55,513 nt of DNA from a virus (Duplodnaviria > Caudoviricetes). The stretch is taken from the IMG/VR virus record IMGVR_UViG_3300030090_003604, positions 1 through 55,513 of that record. One strand, written 5' to 3'. The notes below the pieces were generated by a model that ran no database searches, was not told the origin of the DNA, and saw only the letters and a program-made list of their open reading frames with translations. This document shows positions 1-8,142 of the stretch, piece by piece. How positions within the stretch are numbered: the first letter of the stretch is position 1; each line of letters begins with the position of its first letter. The position numbers were made by a program, and so were the translations under genes.

Positions 1-162
1 GTCGGAAATTATCCCTGCCAAAAAAAACAAAAAGAACCTAATTTGTCTTATATGTGTCTAATTTAAGACTCAATAAAAAATTATTATTGATAGTCAACAT
101 CTGGTGCTTATTGAGAATAAAAATTTAGAGTTTCTGGAGAAAATTAGTTGATTTTATGCAAT

Positions 163-186
163 AAAAAAGGGACGTTTAAACGTCCC
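163..186 (-). terminator. Rho-independent terminator downstream of the Gp88-like gene
   Basis: GGGACGTTT/AAACGTCCC palindrome (169-186) next to an A6 tract (U-tract on minus). Confidence 0.75.
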
Positions 187-208
187 ACAAAATAGATATA
201 AAATTAAT

Positions 209-1054
209 TTATGCTATACAAAATCTATTAATATCTTTTTTGCTGTATCTCACGTTATAAGGTTTTTTAAATCTAAGCAATATTAAATGATTTAAAGGGT
301 CGTTGAATCTCATATCATCGTGATCTCCATCGAAGCACTTAAAAGTTTTATTAAATACATTACTTTTAAATTCATTCGGTATATATTCAGATTTTTTTAA
401 ATTTATAACACTTGCAATATTAACAAAATTTTCGATTGCATCATATGATAATTCAATATTTTTTTTATTTGATGCCCCATCAAAACTAAAAGTTATATGA
501 TAATTATTATATTTTCTTATTAAATTATAATCTCTTTTCATTTTGGTATAGTCGTAAAATCTAACATAACTTTCATTTTTAAATACTTCAAAAATATTTT
601 CATAATATCCCGAATTAATAGAAAATTTAAATTTTTCATATATAAAATTACTTAATGATGCATCGATATAAAAAGGGATATTCTCCCATAATATGTCACT
701 TGTACCATTTAACCTAATAGCAATATCTTTATATTTTCTTAGATTTCTAATGATATTTAAAATTAATAGATTTATAAAATCATTCGGACTTTCACTATAT
801 GCGTATGTCTTATTAATTCTAGATTTAATTTTACTAGAATAATATAAAGGATTCCCCGAATGATGTAGGCATAACTTTGCACAATTTAAAGCATTCGGAC
901 ATACGTTAATAATACCGCTCTGATTTGATGGACTTAAGTGTAATAAAAAAGTCTTAATTGAACTTTTTTTTGTTTTTGGATTCTCAGATAATAGAGAATT
1001 ATAATCAAGATTAAAAGTATCTTGATACTGTTTGATAGTTTTTGGAAGTCTCAT
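209..1054 (-). CDS. Phage Gp88-like protein (Cys-cluster, radical-SAM-like)
   Basis: CPNALNCAKLCL, RLNGTSD, FYDYTK and DGDHDDMRF motifs typical of the Gp88 family. Confidence 0.75.
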   Translation of the reverse strand: MRLPKTIKQYQDTFNLDYNSLLSENPKTKKSSIKTFLLHLSPSNQSGIINVCPNALNCAKLCLHHSGNPLYYSSKIKSRINKTYAYSESPNDFINLLILNIIRNLRKYKDIAIRLNGTSDILWENIPFYIDASLSNFIYEKFKFSINSGYYENIFEVFKNESYVRFYDYTKMKRDYNLIRKYNNYHITFSFDGASNKKNIELSYDAIENFVNIASVINLKKSEYIPNEFKSNVFNKTFKCFDGDHDDMRFNDPLNHLILLRFKKPYNVRYSKKDINRFCIA

Positions 1055-1120
1055 AATTAAGTAATAGATAGGATTTTTAAATTTTTTTTCCCTCTGGAGA
1101 AAAAAGTCTGGTTTATATGT

Positions 1121-1444
1121 TTAAGGTTTATAAACCTTATAGGGACTAGAAATGTTGTTAATGAATTCACTAACAGTTATTACATTTAAATGTGTATGCA
1201 TTTCAAACAATGCTAAACAACTAATATTTTCCCCATAAATAGAAAAATAATATTGTTTATGTGACTTTTTACAATCATTAAAATGTATTCTTACTTTGAA
1301 CCAATAACCCTTATTGGTTATTAATTCAAAAGTGTGAAATTCATTTTTAAATTCATTTTCTTTTTTGTATAAATGCCCGAAATGATTATATAAAAAATCG
1401 AGGGATGTATAACAATATCCAAAATGATTAAGTGATTTTTTCAT
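1121..1444 (-). CDS. Hypothetical protein
   Basis: 107-aa ORF co-oriented in the terminal operon. Confidence 0.55.
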   Translation of the reverse strand: MKKSLNHFGYCYTSLDFLYNHFGHLYKKENEFKNEFHTFELITNKGYWFKVRIHFNDCKKSHKQYYFSIYGENISCLALFEMHTHLNVITVSEFINNISSPYKVYKP

Positions 1445-1453
1445 AATTAATAA

Positions 1454-1678
1454 TTAAGATTGTTTTTGTAATTTTGAGAAAAATAAATATTTAAGATTAT
1501 TTTTCATTAATAATGCAAGAATATATTTTCTTACTATTTTTCTTATTAGTTCAATATCTGAATAAGTTAATTTATCAGAATCAAAAATATAAGAAATTTT
1601 ACTAAGATCATGTATAAATTCAGAAAATAAAATTTCATTAGAATTGTTGCAATTTTCGATAAGTTCAGAAGTGATCAT
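1454..1678 (-). CDS. Hypothetical protein
   Basis: 74-aa ORF ending 9 nt before the next start. Confidence 0.5.
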   Translation of the reverse strand: MITSELIENCNNSNEILFSEFIHDLSKISYIFDSDKLTYSDIELIRKIVRKYILALLMKNNLKYLFFSKLQKQS

Positions 1679-1698
1679 TTTAATAATTAGAAATTGAG

Positions 1699-1730
1699 AA
1701 AAAAAAAATGATGCTATTAAATAGCATCAT
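1699..1730 (-). terminator. Putative terminator hairpin
   Basis: ATGATGCTAT-taa-ATAGCATCAT perfect 10-bp stem next to a long A tract. Confidence 0.55.
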
Positions 1731-1884
1731 CTACAAAATAATTAGTGTTTTTTATACTGTTTAAATATCTTACTTTTAAAGTTGCATATTTAAAAGTATA
1801 TAGATTATCATCTATTGGTAAAAATCCGAGAGAGTTTAGATTTTCTTTTATTTGATAATCTTTTTTGTTTCTTAGAAAAAACAT
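1717..1884 (-). CDS. Small hypothetical protein (55 aa, not in ORF track)
   Basis: Hand translation MFFLRNKKDYQIKENLNSLGFLPIDD...YFVDDAI*; fills the gap in a co-oriented operon. Confidence 0.5.
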   Translation of the reverse strand: MFFLRNKKDYQIKENLNSLGFLPIDDNLYTFKYATLKVRYLNSIKNTNYFVDDAI

Positions 1885-1892
1885 AATAATAA

Positions 1893-2027
1893 TTAGTTAT
1901 TAATAAGAACATGAGAATATTTAAAAGGATTTGAATCTGTATTAGGAACTATTATTCTAGGTAATAAACCCATAAAGAAAATAATGCCTAATGCATAAGC
2001 AGAAAAAAGTTTGAAAAATAAGTTCAT
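1893..2027 (-). CDS. Small membrane protein (44 aa, not in ORF track)
   Basis: Hand translation MNLFFKLFSAYALGIIFFMGLLPRIIVP...; hydrophobic N-half; downstream of a TATAAT promoter. Confidence 0.5.
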   Translation of the reverse strand: MNLFFKLFSAYALGIIFFMGLLPRIIVPNTDSNPFKYSHVLINN

Positions 2028-2074
2028 AACTAATAACAGAGGACGAAAAAAAAAAATTAACCTCTGTAACCTTA

Positions 2075-2104
2075 ATTATAATCGAAAAACTAGGAAAAAG
2101 CTAG
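2075..2104 (-). promoter_or_regulatory. Promoter: TATAAT -10 plus CTAG-N7-CTAG site
   Basis: ATTATA at 2075-2080; CTAGgaaaaagCTAG at 2090-2104. Confidence 0.6.
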
Positions 2105-2452
2105 GCATTTAGGGTTAATTTTGAAATTGGTTGTAAATACTGACTTTTTTAATAAAAATCTTGTTTCTACCTGGAGAAATAAGACACGCTGAGATTCCAA
2201 AAAACCTAGTCATAGCCTGGGTTTACAAGGAATTTTATAATATATGAGAATAGATGAGAATCCTATATTTTTAATACTATTAACGACTACTACATCAAGA
2301 TAGCTAGTAAAAAACTAGGATTCTTATAAGACACTTTTAAGACTAGAGCTGGACTTGATACACTTAAAAATTTTAAATTATTAGATAAGGATTTCAAACC
2401 ATTTAAAAAATTGACTTAATAAGCTTATCTAAGAAAAAAAATAAATAAAAAA

Positions 2453-2477
2453 AATCTTGATAGAAAATATCAAGATT
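2453..2477 (-). terminator. Putative terminator hairpin
   Basis: AATCTTGATA-gaaaa-TATCAAGATT flanked by A tracts, downstream of 2506-2721. Confidence 0.5.
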
Positions 2478-2505
2478 AAAAAAAATAATTTTTTTTTATA
2501 TTAGA

Positions 2506-2721
2506 TTAAAATTTTAATTTTTCTTTTAAAATTTTATTTTCATTTTTCAAAATTTTATTTTCATTTTGAATAATTCTAATATAAGAAATTAAATCTTGAT
2601 AATATTTTTTAAAATCATCAAGTTTAATATTATTAGCATCTTTAATTAAATTTGCTAATTTTTGAGAAAAAATAAAAATTGACATTTTAGCAATTTTTAG
2701 TTCTGGTTTTTGGTTTTTCAT
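2506..2721 (-). CDS. Hypothetical coiled-coil protein
   Basis: 71 aa, NENKILK repeated; upstream TATAAT at 2754-2759 and downstream hairpin. Confidence 0.5.
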   Translation of the reverse strand: MKNQKPELKIAKMSIFIFSQKLANLIKDANNIKLDDFKKYYQDLISYIRIIQNENKILKNENKILKEKLKF

Positions 2722-3069
2722 TTTTGGTTAAAATGTTTTATGTTTACTCTTTAATTATAAATTTTTAAAAATCATAATTTTATTTTTACATGCGAAAAAC
2801 CAAAAAAAAAATTTTTCTCTGGAGAAAAAAAATTGATTTCTTTATACTTTATAAAAAAAATTACAAAAAATAAAATATAAACAATTAAAAAAAATTACAC
2901 TTATTAAGTATAAACAAATAGTGAAAAATAAAATATTTAATTATATTTAAGCTTGAAATATTTTTTTAAAGTATAAACAATCTGGAGAAATTAGAGTAAA
3001 TAAAATATAATTAAATAATCGCTGAAAACGTAGTCATACCAATGGATTTGCCCCATTTCTACCTCAGGT

Positions 3070-3083
3070 AGTACGCTTGTACT
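3070..3083. promoter_or_regulatory. Cyanobacterial LexA (SOS) box
   Basis: AGTACgctTGTACT matches the cyanobacterial LexA consensus RGTACNNNDGTWCB; intergenic. Confidence 0.65.
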
Positions 3084-3138
3084 ATTTTTTCCAGGATTTT
3101 TTTAAATTTTTTGAAAAATTTTGAGATTTTTTGAGAAA

Positions 3139-3260
3139 AAAAGCTTGCGAGTCCCTCTGTGAAAAAGTCAGCGAGTCCCTGAGAAAAAAAGCTTGCGAGT
3201 CTCTCAGAAAAAATGTTTGCGAGTCCCTTGGCAAAAAAAAAAGAACCCTAGCGAGTCCCT
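3139..3260 (+). repeat. Tandem array of GCGAGTC-core repeats, 24-bp period
   Basis: GCGAGTC at 3147, 3171, 3195, 3219, 3251 (spacing 24, 24, 24, 32), each preceded by an A tract. Confidence 0.92.
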
Positions 3261-3288
3261 TTTTAAAAAATTTTATGAAACCAGATTA

Positions 3289-3546
3289 TTAAGTTTCAAG
3301 GCAAACCTCAGTTGTTGGATCATTTTCAAACCATACTGTTCGCTCTTCTTTATTTACAAATTTATTGCCATGATAACTTTCAACTAAATCATGCACCCAC
3401 TTAGGATAATATTCTTTCCCATCTGAACTATCTAAATCATAATATGATGCATCAGAACTTAATGCATAAATACTAGATCTTAAATCTTCTAAATCTTCTA
3501 AATCGATTTCAAAAGAAATATCTACTTTAATTTTTTTATTTGTCAT
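3289..3546 (-). CDS. Hypothetical early protein
   Basis: 85-aa acidic ORF overlapping the upstream gene, GGAGG RBS. Confidence 0.65.
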   Translation of the reverse strand: MTNKKIKVDISFEIDLEDLEDLRSSIYALSSDASYYDLDSSDGKEYYPKWVHDLVESYHGNKFVNKEERTVWFENDPTTEVCLET

Positions 3547-3727
3547 TTTCTAAATCCTCCCATGTTTGTAAATCAACAGTAATTTTCCATGACATACTGC
3601 AATATTTTTCAGAATCCCACATAGATGTAGGAATTAAATGATCTGCAATAATGCGATTTATTTCTTCCATAGTTTGTTTGGAAAAATTTTTTTCAAAGTT
3701 TCTGATTTGTTTTTTTAGTTGTTTCAT
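3536..3727 (-). CDS. Hypothetical early protein (start revised to MKQLKKQ)
   Basis: GGAGG RBS upstream of the ATG at 3727; the longer track ORF overlaps the upstream gene. Confidence 0.6.
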   Translation of the reverse strand: MKQLKKQIRNFEKNFSKQTMEEINRIIADHLIPTSMWDSEKYCSMSWKITVDLQTWEDLENDK

Positions 3728-3740
3728 TTTTAATACCTCC

Positions 3741-4088
3741 TTAATCCATAGAATCATAATATTTTGCAGTTCCATCCCAAGGCTCAACTATGCCCCAATA
3801 TTTGATGTAAGCAAATTCTTGGTCTTTGCCACCACCATATTTTAAATTTTTCCAATTTTTAACACGCTTATTAAAAACAGCACCTCTTGGAACATCAACA
3901 GGAATTTTACGACCCCTTTGACCATAGCCATCATGTTCAATTAATTGGTCAGCGATCTCTTGTAACCAAACAGTTTTGTCTGTTCTTCTTACAACTTTAT
4001 AAAAAGTTGGAAGTTGCATGGTGCAACCGCCATTACAAAAAGCAATTTGTCCAACTTCAAAAGTTTTGGTTTGTTCAATAGTTTTCAT
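3741..4088 (-). CDS. Hypothetical early protein
   Basis: 115 aa; FEVGQI...FYKVVRRTDKTV; first gene after a divergent promoter. Confidence 0.7.
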   Translation of the reverse strand: MKTIEQTKTFEVGQIAFCNGGCTMQLPTFYKVVRRTDKTVWLQEIADQLIEHDGYGQRGRKIPVDVPRGAVFNKRVKNWKNLKYGGGKDQEFAYIKYWGIVEPWDGTAKYYDSMD

Positions 4089-4124
4089 AATTTTAAAAAA
4101 ATAAAAATTGTCCTGGTCTCCCTT

Positions 4125-4170
4125 ATTATAGCAATAAAACCTACTAATTTGCTAGAAATTAGGCTATAAT
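4125..4170. promoter_or_regulatory. Divergent promoter pair with a central CTAC-N7-CTAG site
   Basis: TATAAT on minus (4125-4130) and plus (4165-4170); CTACtaatttgCTAG at 4141-4155. Confidence 0.7.
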
Positions 4171-4194
4171 TAGGGAGTAGTTACACATTTAATT

Positions 4195-4683
4195 ATGACA
4201 ACAACAAAAACAAAAAGTGGTCATCCCATGAGGAAAACCAAATTTGCGATAGGCGAATGTAAAACCTTTGAAGGTTATTCGGGAGATACATATTGGAATG
4301 GATGGGACGAACCATGCTTCGATGAAAAAACTGCACAAGAGGTTATGGATTATTTTTTAAATCAAGAATGCAAAGAATCCGCAGATGGATGGAAAGAATC
4401 TTTTGAAGAAGTTCTTGATTCTGAAAACAAACTTATCTTTTCTAAATTAAGTCCAATTCATCTTGAAAATGGCGAAACTGTATACGACTTCGGTGGTGGA
4501 TACTGTTGGTCAGAAGTAGAAGACAACGAAAAAGAAGTTGTTTTGTCTTTAACAAAAAAAGCTTCTTATTCTTTGTATCAAGCACTAGATGTTTTTGTTA
4601 TGAAAAATCTAGATAATGCATGGTCAAATGATGAAAAAGATCTTTATGAAATTTTTAATACATTAAAAGAGGAGGTTAAGTAA
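4195..4683 (+). CDS. Hypothetical early protein
   Basis: 162 aa; FEGY...WNGWDEPCF...YDFGGGYCW; first gene of a plus-strand operon. Confidence 0.75.
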   Translation: MTTTKTKSGHPMRKTKFAIGECKTFEGYSGDTYWNGWDEPCFDEKTAQEVMDYFLNQECKESADGWKESFEEVLDSENKLIFSKLSPIHLENGETVYDFGGGYCWSEVEDNEKEVVLSLTKKASYSLYQALDVFVMKNLDNAWSNDEKDLYEIFNTLKEEVK

Positions 4684-5226
4684 ATGTCAAAATACGTTTC
4701 TTACGAATCTTGGGAAAAGTGTGTTTTTAAAATTCCTAATATTTCTCAACTAGAAGAAATTATGGATAAACATTGTATCTGTGATGTTCACGAAGATACA
4801 GCGAGTCTCTTAATCTTTGAAGAAGGTGGTTACATCGAACAATTTAAAGATGGCACTTATCATGTCACTTTAGATAGATCTGATATTTACGACAAAGATT
4901 TAAATGTTGTAAAACGTGCCTTATATGATTGGTGCGATGGCGAATTATTTAATTTACACAATGGATTTAAATTTGGCGAATATAAAAGTCAAAATGGATG
5001 CATTTGGGATCTCAAAGAATTTGCAATTTTATCAGATGCATGGTGTTCTTGGTTAGACAAAGAAGGTCTTCCACAATATTCCATAGAAGATTTACTTGGT
5101 ACATTCGATTGGTCAGTTGGTTATGAATTAACTGATAGTCAAAGAGAAACTGCAAGATCATTTGAAAAAATGTGGAATCTTGTAGACGATGCTTTTAATA
5201 AAAAGGAGGACTCCCCGAATGCATAA
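4684..5226 (+). CDS. Hypothetical early protein, paralogue of 5852-6226
   Basis: GGAGG RBS; GGY..E...G.Y...L...LYDWC.GE.FN block shared. Confidence 0.75.
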   Translation: MSKYVSYESWEKCVFKIPNISQLEEIMDKHCICDVHEDTASLLIFEEGGYIEQFKDGTYHVTLDRSDIYDKDLNVVKRALYDWCDGELFNLHNGFKFGEYKSQNGCIWDLKEFAILSDAWCSWLDKEGLPQYSIEDLLGTFDWSVGYELTDSQRETARSFEKMWNLVDDAFNKKEDSPNA

Positions 5227-5401
5227 CATCAAAGTTACTACAGAAGAATTGTTTGAACTAGTAGAAATGCTAGAAGACAAACTTCAATACAATCAAGATT
5301 TAATTCCTTTATATAAGAAATTAGCATCTATAGAAATTCCAAAACCTATAGAAAATTTTGATTATGAAATTCCCGAATACAAACCAAGGAGGAAAAATTA
5401 A
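5219..5401 (+). CDS. Hypothetical early protein (start revised to MHNIKV)
   Basis: AGGAGG RBS before the ATG at 5219. Confidence 0.6.
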   Translation: MHNIKVTTEELFELVEMLEDKLQYNQDLIPLYKKLASIEIPKPIENFDYEIPEYKPRRKN

Positions 5402-5598
5402 TGCCTAAAGATAAAAATGATCTAGCAATTGAATATATAAATCAAATGCTAAGTGATCAATATAGTCTTATCGAGGACAGAAAACTTGATAAAGATTATG
5501 AATCAGATGAAGAGTTAAAAGAAAGTACTGAATCTGAATTATCAGAAATCATAAATGCTCAAAGATACATGGATTTACAGACAGAGGTAAGACCATGA
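5401..5598 (+). CDS. Hypothetical early protein
   Basis: TAATG coupling, AGGAGG RBS. Confidence 0.65.
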   Translation: MPKDKNDLAIEYINQMLSDQYSLIEDRKLDKDYESDEELKESTESELSEIINAQRYMDLQTEVRP

Positions 5599-5849
5599 CA
5601 AAAAAAGTTTATGATGGCTTCACACTAAAAGAATTAGATAGTGCTTTTGATCTAATTAAATTTCCTAGTGGAGATTGGAGAGATCCTATTCAAGCAAGGG
5701 TTTTAAAAAAAGATTTAAAAGTTCTTGAAGCTTCAATTATTTATTACTGCGGTTGCGGTTTTAGTTCAGTAAAAAAAGATAACCAAGATGCTTGGGATGA
5801 ATATTACTACATCAAAGCAGATGGTTATTACTTATCTATGGTGCATTAA
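5595..5849 (+). CDS. Hypothetical early protein
   Basis: ATGA coupling; DWRDPI...AI.YY.G...ADGYY pattern. Confidence 0.7.
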   Translation: MTKKVYDGFTLKELDSAFDLIKFPSGDWRDPIQARVLKKDLKVLEASIIYYCGCGFSSVKKDNQDAWDEYYYIKADGYYLSMVH

Positions 5850-5851
5850 AA

Positions 5852-6226
5852 ATGACAAAAATCACATTTGAAGAATGGAGAAAAAATTACAAAGACATTC
5901 CATTCTTAGAAGAAAATTTTACAGAATTAAAAGATTCTGGAGTAGACGTTGGATTTATGAAGGAAAGAATGGAATATGTCATTTATCCAAAAATAAAATA
6001 TGTGCGAGTCTTTTTATATGGTGGATATTATGAAATTGATGAAGAAGGTATGTATGATTTAATTTTAGAAAATCATTGTTGGAGCGAAAAAACTACAGAT
6101 GTTGTTGATAAAGAATTATATGATTGGTGCAATGGAGAATACTTTAATACAGAAAATGATCCATTTGGATTAGAATCTGTTACCGATAATGACTATGACG
6201 AAAACGGAAATTGGAGGCACGAATAA
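5852..6226 (+). CDS. Hypothetical early protein, paralogue of 4684-5226
   Basis: Shared conserved block, operon position. Confidence 0.7.
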   Translation: MTKITFEEWRKNYKDIPFLEENFTELKDSGVDVGFMKERMEYVIYPKIKYVRVFLYGGYYEIDEEGMYDLILENHCWSEKTTDVVDKELYDWCNGEYFNTENDPFGLESVTDNDYDENGNWRHE

Positions 6227-6408
6227 TGCTTATCAAATCAACAGACAAAGAAGGCACATTTACTTGTGATGAAGAAGGAAGAAAATTAATTGATTTAATT
6301 GATTCCTTATGGTGGGGACGAGATCGGTGGGATAGTTCCACAGAAAAAGTTATGAATGAAATTGCAGATTTATTAGGTATGGGAGAAGAAGAAGAAGAAG
6401 AAGAATAA
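6226..6408 (+). CDS. Hypothetical acidic protein (start revised to MLIKST)
   Basis: TAATG coupling with GGAGG RBS; poly-Glu tail. Confidence 0.6.
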   Translation: MLIKSTDKEGTFTCDEEGRKLIDLIDSLWWGRDRWDSSTEKVMNEIADLLGMGEEEEEEE

Positions 6409-6427
6409 AATTTTTATAGACAAAAAA

Positions 6428-6646
6428 TTAGGACTCTTGCGAGTCCTTTTTTGTAAGTTTGGCAACTGCTTCCTCTAATAGTAAGGTTGCGAGTCCTGTA
6501 GGTTTCATATCCTTAAATTTAGAGAACTCGATATTTGTTTCACTTCCACAAGTGGGACAAATATTAGTTGATGATTTTTTTGTTAATGTTTCCAGCTGCT
6601 CATAACACTCGTCAGAAATACGAATGTTAAACTGTCTTTTTTGCAT
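6428..6646 (-). CDS. Putative ribbon-helix-helix regulator with a CxxC insert
   Basis: QFNIRISDECYEQLETL strand-helix pattern; CPTCG. Confidence 0.55.
   Translation of the reverse strand: MQKRQFNIRISDECYEQLETLTKKSSTNICPTCGSETNIEFSKFKDMKPTGLATLLLEEAVAKLTKKDSQES
6430..6452 (+). terminator. Terminator of the plus-strand early operon
   Basis: AGGACTC-ttgc-GAGTCCT followed by a T tract; contains a GCGAGTC motif. Confidence 0.7.
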
Positions 6647-6667
6647 TACTGCGAGTCCTCCGAGTCT

Positions 6668-6913
6668 TTAATAAGGGTTGTTGTTGTTGAAGAAAAAATC
6701 GTCAGATTTTGCTCCTTCCTGGTACGCTAAAATTTTTAATTTTTTAACGATTCCATTGATAGTACTCAGATTAAGAAATCTGAGTTTATCTTCTGGTCTT
6801 GCTTCTCTTTCAATGTGTAAAACATGACGTAGCAAGTCCTCCAGCTGATCATGTTCCAATTTGGATAAACCAAGTTGGAAAATTTCTTGTGTTTGCGAGT
6901 CTTTTAAGTTCAC
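6668..6913 (-). CDS. Hypothetical protein
   Basis: 81 aa, GTG start overlapping the upstream stop. Confidence 0.6.
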   Translation of the reverse strand: MNLKDSQTQEIFQLGLSKLEHDQLEDLLRHVLHIEREARPEDKLRFLNLSTINGIVKKLKILAYQEGAKSDDFFFNNNNPY

Positions 6914-7086
6914 TCCTCATCCTCCTCATAATCGTAAGTTGGTTCTGGTTCTTCTGTTAATTCAACATCAGCCCATGTATATTGTTTAATGCACTCGACA
7001 AAATCTACGAGTGCATCATTGCTTTTTTCATCAAAATCATTAGATGTATTAGTGATACATTGATCTACAAATTCATAAAGTTTCAT
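6910..7086 (-). CDS. Small acidic protein (58 aa, not in ORF track)
   Basis: Hand translation MKLYEFVDQC...YDYEEDEE*; GGAGG RBS, coupled at both ends. Confidence 0.65.
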   Translation of the reverse strand: MKLYEFVDQCITNTSNDFDEKSNDALVDFVECIKQYTWADVELTEEPEPTYDYEEDEE

Positions 7087-7348
7087 TTAGTTACCTCCTT
7101 TGAAAAATAATCATGCAACTCATTAATGTGAGTTTGTAAGTCTAAAAGACAATCGCCTATCGAAATGCTTGAACCTTCCCAATCTTTTGGAATATCCATT
7201 AATGTTTTCGGTTCTTCTTCAAATTGACTTTCATCATATTCTTCTATGATGTCATCATTGATTGAATGACCTTTTATTGTTTCAACAACATCATTAATGT
7301 TGAATAACATATTTGCCATGTAATCTCTGTTCATTTAGTTACCTCCTT
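7082..7348 (-). repeat. Identical 19-bp RBS/stop/start junction repeat (2 copies)
   Basis: TTCATTTAGTTACCTCCTT at 7082-7100 and 7330-7348; both upstream genes end KEVTK*. Confidence 0.8.
7083..7334 (-). CDS. Hypothetical acidic protein
   Basis: 83 aa, coupled by ATGA overlaps. Confidence 0.65.
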   Translation of the reverse strand: MNRDYMANMLFNINDVVETIKGHSINDDIIEEYDESQFEEEPKTLMDIPKDWEGSSISIGDCLLDLQTHINELHDYFSKEVTK

Positions 7349-7711
7349 AAATGGGTTTGTTTGTCTGTAGCTGAAATAATTAGATTCATTATCTTGTGGC
7401 AAAATAATTCCAAGGCAAGGATCTTCTTGCCTTAGATATAAATGTACAGGTACTTTATTTGACTCTAAATAAATTCCCAAATGTTTATAAATATCTTCGG
7501 GAAAATCATCAGCAGAATCATAATCATAAAATCCACTTTTGTTGTAGATATAAACTGATCTTGTTCCACAAGAATCTACATTCGTAAGAACACCTAAAGA
7601 AAATTTTGCCATATAAGTATTATTGAAATTATCAATAAAATCTTCATGTGGACGATTATCATCTTTATCGGTAGATCCGATAATTAATGTAATTGGTCTA
7701 GGTTTTGTCAT
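7331..7711 (-). CDS. Hypothetical protein
   Basis: 126 aa, TAATG coupling, GGAGG RBS. Confidence 0.65.
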   Translation of the reverse strand: MTKPRPITLIIGSTDKDDNRPHEDFIDNFNNTYMAKFSLGVLTNVDSCGTRSVYIYNKSGFYDYDSADDFPEDIYKHLGIYLESNKVPVHLYLRQEDPCLGIILPQDNESNYFSYRQTNPFKEVTK

Positions 7712-8118
7712 TATGCAACCTCCTCTTTAATATCATTTGTTGCATAACCTTCGATTCTTTTTGCAAGTGGTTCTATTAATGGATCATAATGTCCATCCTC
7801 ATCTTCTTTTTTCTCCCAATTACTAATATAATCATGTACAAACTTATATCCCTTTTCTCTTTTTTGATCCCAATTAAGATCATCCCAACCTTCTGTTTTT
7901 TCTAACTCTTTGTTTTTCTCCATCTGCTCTTTTTCTTTTGCAGTATATTCATCGGTATGAACTCTTTCTACACAGATCTGGTCATCTGAAAACAAGTAGT
8001 CCAGACCTCTTCCATAACATAAGTAATTCATGTCAGATAAACGTCTGTTATCTGCTTTAGCAATTCTGGAAAGCAGATCATAGTCTCTATCAGAAACTAA
8101 GATTTCAATTTTTTTCAT
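7711..8118 (-). CDS. Hypothetical protein with RHH-like N-terminus (start revised to MKKIEIL)
   Basis: KIEILVSDRDYDLLSRIAKADNRRLSD pattern; the longer start overlaps the promoter. Confidence 0.55.
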   Translation of the reverse strand: MKKIEILVSDRDYDLLSRIAKADNRRLSDMNYLCYGRGLDYLFSDDQICVERVHTDEYTAKEKEQMEKNKELEKTEGWDDLNWDQKREKGYKFVHDYISNWEKKEDEDGHYDPLIEPLAKRIEGYATNDIKEEVA

Positions 8119-8142
8119 AATAATAAATGAATGTACCCCCTT

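Larger units (their letters stand above)
134..2990 (+). repeat. Dispersed polar motif CTGGAGAAA, 5 intergenic copies
   Basis: Copies at 134, 1094, 2171, 2819, 2982, all on +, all between genes. Confidence 0.85.

Noticed and set aside
1-210. Exact cos site or terminal repeat
   Set aside because: Expected near here for a gpA-type terminase if the window is circular, but I could not identify a cosN or an end-to-end repeat
134-2990. CTGGAG as a Chi site protecting the left end
   Set aside because: By E. coli RecBCD polarity the orientation is wrong for an end near position 1, and I do not know the host Chi sequence
3139-3260. Mini-CRISPR array
   Set aside because: Period is only 24 bp, the intervening sequences resemble each other, and there are no cas genes
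3193-3387. 64-aa ORF across the repeat array
   Set aside because: TTG start, translation of repeat DNA, antisense to a better gene
6384-6405. (GAA)n microsatellite as a contingency locus
   Set aside because: In-frame poly-Glu tail; a length change would not alter the frame
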